From the NCBI GenBank assembly GCA_964016885.1, contig OZ024741.1:188976001-189040000 (forward strand): DNA of 64,000 nt. The letters are read 5' to 3'. Source of the stretch: Eledone cirrhosa (Eukaryota). Under the pieces are notes generated by a model. It was not told the origin of the DNA and did not search any database. It worked only from the letters and a program-made list of their open reading frames with translations. The translations under genes were made by a program, and so were the position numbers. Shown here in pieces: positions 1-64,000 of the stretch; within the stretch, counting starts at the first letter, position 1; every line of letters starts with the position of its first letter.

Positions 1-49
1 GGTCATTCATGACCCGAAGGGGGTCTTTACATGAAGGCATATATGATAT

Positions 50-133
50 ATGTACCGTCCTGCATTGTCCTGCACTGTCCTTAATGTCTACTTTATGTAA
101 ACCCTTGTGGTTAATAAAGAAATCATTATTATT
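50..133 (+). mobile_element. 3' tail of a LINE-like family (also 57862-58130 on minus strand)
   Basis: tgtaccgtcctg...ccttgtggttaataaagaaatcattattatt recurs as reverse complement at ~57862-57955; related tails near 41130 and 63930. Confidence 0.6.
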
Positions 134-510
134 TCAGAACTTTTTAATTCATCATCAGTAAAATTTACTCGCTCAGTACTGAGACTAGAATAAGCTATTG
201 CTTATATACATTGTGCATATAAAACATCTGCTGGAGAAGTTCATTTATATATAGTGTATGCTTAATTTGACTGGGATTAATTAGCGATAGCACTAACATA
301 GTATGATTCATTTACATCTCCATTTTGCATACAAAGTTTACAATGTACCATATATTTTGAGTTGAGGTTTTATAGATCCAGTGGATAAGTTGCATGGTTT
401 TTCATGTTACAGTTTTTTGTGGAAAAAGGTTTGACTTACATATGCTTATCAACAAATATATTAATTGGAATAATTCTTTGACTGTTTACCTCTTTTCTGA
501 TGTATTCCAG

Positions 511-61487
<60,977 letters not shown>

Positions 61488-61695
61488 GTGAAAGGGAAAA
61501 ATATTTATTTAATCGATTCTTTATTTTTATGTACTTATTTAACATGTGGTATTTATTTTATCAATCTCTATCTGTCAAAACAGTAAGTAATGGGACATAA
61601 ACAAACAGTAAACAAGCACACTCAGTTTCCATCTATAAAATTTTGCAGAAAAGGCATTGGTCAATCAGAGGTGATAGTAGTTAACATTTGCCCAA

Positions 61696-61986
61696 GGTGA
61701 GTGGCCTAGTGGTAAGGGTGTTGGACCTACGATCATAATGTTGTGGGTTCGATTCCTGGGCTGGGTTGCATGTTATGTTCTTGAGCAAAACACTTCATTT
61801 CACGTTGCTCCAGTATACTCAGCTGAAAATGAGTACCAGCAATAGCTGTGGATTTAACCCTGCGATGGACTGGCATCCTACCCAAGGGGAATCTTGTACT
61901 CTCAGTTGCTTCTCATCATGAAACCGGGATAAGCACTGGCCTAACGAGCCTTCTGGCTTAAGACAGACTTTAGACTAGACTAGACA
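61696..61986 (+). mobile_element. tRNA-derived SINE family C (also ~42115-42385)
   Basis: TGGCCTAGTGG, GGTTCGATTCC, cctgcgatggactggcatcc (V-domain-like, from recall), (TAGAC)n tail. Confidence 0.8.
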
Positions 61987-62079
61987 ACGTGCCATGCAGT
62001 GGCATTGAACCCTGAAACCACATGGCTGCAAAGCAGACTCTTATGTCAATACAATTTTATGATTTCTTTTATATATTTA

Positions 62080-62606
62080 CTAGCAGTAAAGCCCGGCGTT
62101 GCTCGGGGTCGCTCAGTAGCTGTGTTAAAGTTACAATGTTAAGTTTCTTTTTTGGCTTAAAAACTGTAGTGTCTACTGTGCAGACTTGCATGTGGTGTTT
62201 TTGATTAATATTCCCTCAACCAACAATATGCCTTATGAAGTTAAGAAAACATAACGATAACCCGAATGTTATAACAAAAGAGGATGCTGGGGATAAAAAC
62301 TGCACTGGTTATTTATTAACAAAGATCGAAAATGTAAACACTGCAACGCAGAGAAAAACAACGTAAGACGCTCAATGTAAACAGAACAAAGGGAAATAAC
62401 TCGTCACTTACGCTAAAAAATCGATACATTAGATTCGATTTCGTCACATAGGGTGGGTCAATTTGAAATATTTTTTTTCCGATGTCTTCGCTAGGGCTCA
62501 ATGTACAAGTATAGCAATTTCGGTGCAATTCTGTCAGAGATTCTAAGAGGAGATGTGTGCCAAAAATCGATAGACAGACAGACAACCACAGCTTTATATA
62601 TATAGA
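62080..62606 (-). mobile_element. Non-autonomous Helitron, second family
   Basis: Minus strand A|TCTATATATATAAAG start, GTCT repeat, cccgagcaacgccggg hairpin, CTAG|T end. Confidence 0.85.
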
Positions 62607-63005
62607 TTATAGTAATAATAATAATAATTTCTACTATAGGCACAAGGCCAGCAATTTAGGGAGAGGGGAAAGTTGATTAAATAGACTCCCGTGCATTACA
62701 GGTGCTTTATTTTGTCGACCCCATAAGGGTGAAAGGCAAAGCTAACCTCAGTGGGATTTGAACTCAGAACATAAAAGGGTCATACCTCTCTGCGCAACCC
62801 TTTACGTAATGATTTATAATATAGGTACAAGGCCAGCAATTTGCTGGACGAGGAATATTGACCCTAGTACTTTACTGGTACTTTATGTTATTAACCCTTG
62901 AAGAATGAAAGGCAATATAATGTACTGTAACTAAATCCTGCAAAGCATTATGTCTGACACTAAAAATTCTGCAAATCCAAATAACGATATTTTCAAATTT
63001 AGGCC

Positions 63006-63145
63006 CAAGGCCACCAGTTTTGGGGTGAGAGGACAAGGCCACCAGTTTTGGGGTGAGAGGACAAGGCCACCAGTTTTGGGGTGAGAGGACAAGGCCACCA
63101 GTTTTGGGGTGAGAGGACAAGGCCACCAGTTTTGGGGTGAGAGGA
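63006..63145. repeat. 28-bp perfect minisatellite, 5 copies
   Basis: caaggccaccagttttggggtgagagga at 63006, 63034, 63062, 63090, 63118. Confidence 0.95.
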
Positions 63146-64000
63146 ATGTTGAGTAAAACAAATCCCAGTATTTGACTGGTGCTTTATTTTAATGACTCCA
63201 GAAGAATAAAAGGCAAAGTTGACTCTGGCAGGAATAATTTTGATAATATTGATAATGTCTTTATTGGCCACTAGAACTGAAAACATTAAGGACACTACAG
63301 ATAAACAAGGGCAGTAGGGATTCACATAAAATAATCGAAAAGAAAAACAGTTAACATTCTAGCAATAAATTAATAACAAATGAATTCCCCCTGTAGGGGG
63401 TTATGCATGCATGCCCTCATGCACTGCAAGCAGCACGTTGAGCTGGTGCTTATCCCAGTTTCCATGTATCTTCCAACCAGGATTGATCCCCAGACCAGGA
63501 TCTCCACTGTCTCTAATACCTGTGGGGGCTTAGGAACCCCTCAAATCAAAGATCACCCTAAACACCAAGGACACCATAAACAGGTGCCTCTATTATACTT
63601 AGAGTGGGTCCATTCACTCAGACCATTCTTGCTACATTCACCCTCCTTTAAAAAAATATATTATGAGGCAACACTTCCTTTGAAAATGTTGATGATAATA
63701 ATGCTTTCTGATTTTGGCACAAGACCAGCTTTAATAATTGTTTTTACTTTTTGGCACAAGGCCAGCAATTATCCCAGTGCATTACTGGTACTTTATTTTA
63801 TTGACCCCTTAAGGATGAAAGGCAAAACTAGCCTCAGTGGGATTTGAGTGTAAAGGGCCATAACACAATGCCATAAAGCATGTTTCCCGACACTCTACCA
63901 ATACTGACAATCCAACAACACTAATAATAATGATTTCTTTATTAGCCACATTAAGGAAACATTAAAGACAATACAGGACGATACAGTGTGGGTTTTCCTT

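Noticed and set aside
131-163. Minus-strand CTGATGA...GAAA hammerhead-like motif
   Set aside because: Stems I and III are absent; the sequence runs into a LINE tail.

Overview
AT-rich, repeat-dense animal genomic DNA. The SINE and RTE-LINE families look like those of octopus/cephalopod genomes; this is inferred from recall, not a database search. The window lies entirely inside one large + strand gene for an axonemal inner-arm dynein heavy chain, best matching DNAH12. I traced 17 GT-AG exons (511..61487, 3495 nt, about 1165 codons, frame continuous across all junctions) covering the tail/linker, AAA1, AAA2 and the start of AAA3; the gene runs off both ends of the window. Introns hold tRNA-derived SINEs, 5'-truncated RTE LINEs, R4-, CRE- and Penelope(Neptune)-type retroelement relics, piggyBac and Tc1/mariner MITEs, two non-autonomous Helitrons and a 2.7-kb minisatellite. 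Most notable: (i) an RTE insertion flanked by a ~185-bp direct duplication of a 170-bp palindrome whose loop is flipped between the copies, and (ii) a near-intact minimal type I hammerhead ribozyme at 9362-9408 plus several fold-back elements carrying decayed hammerhead cores.
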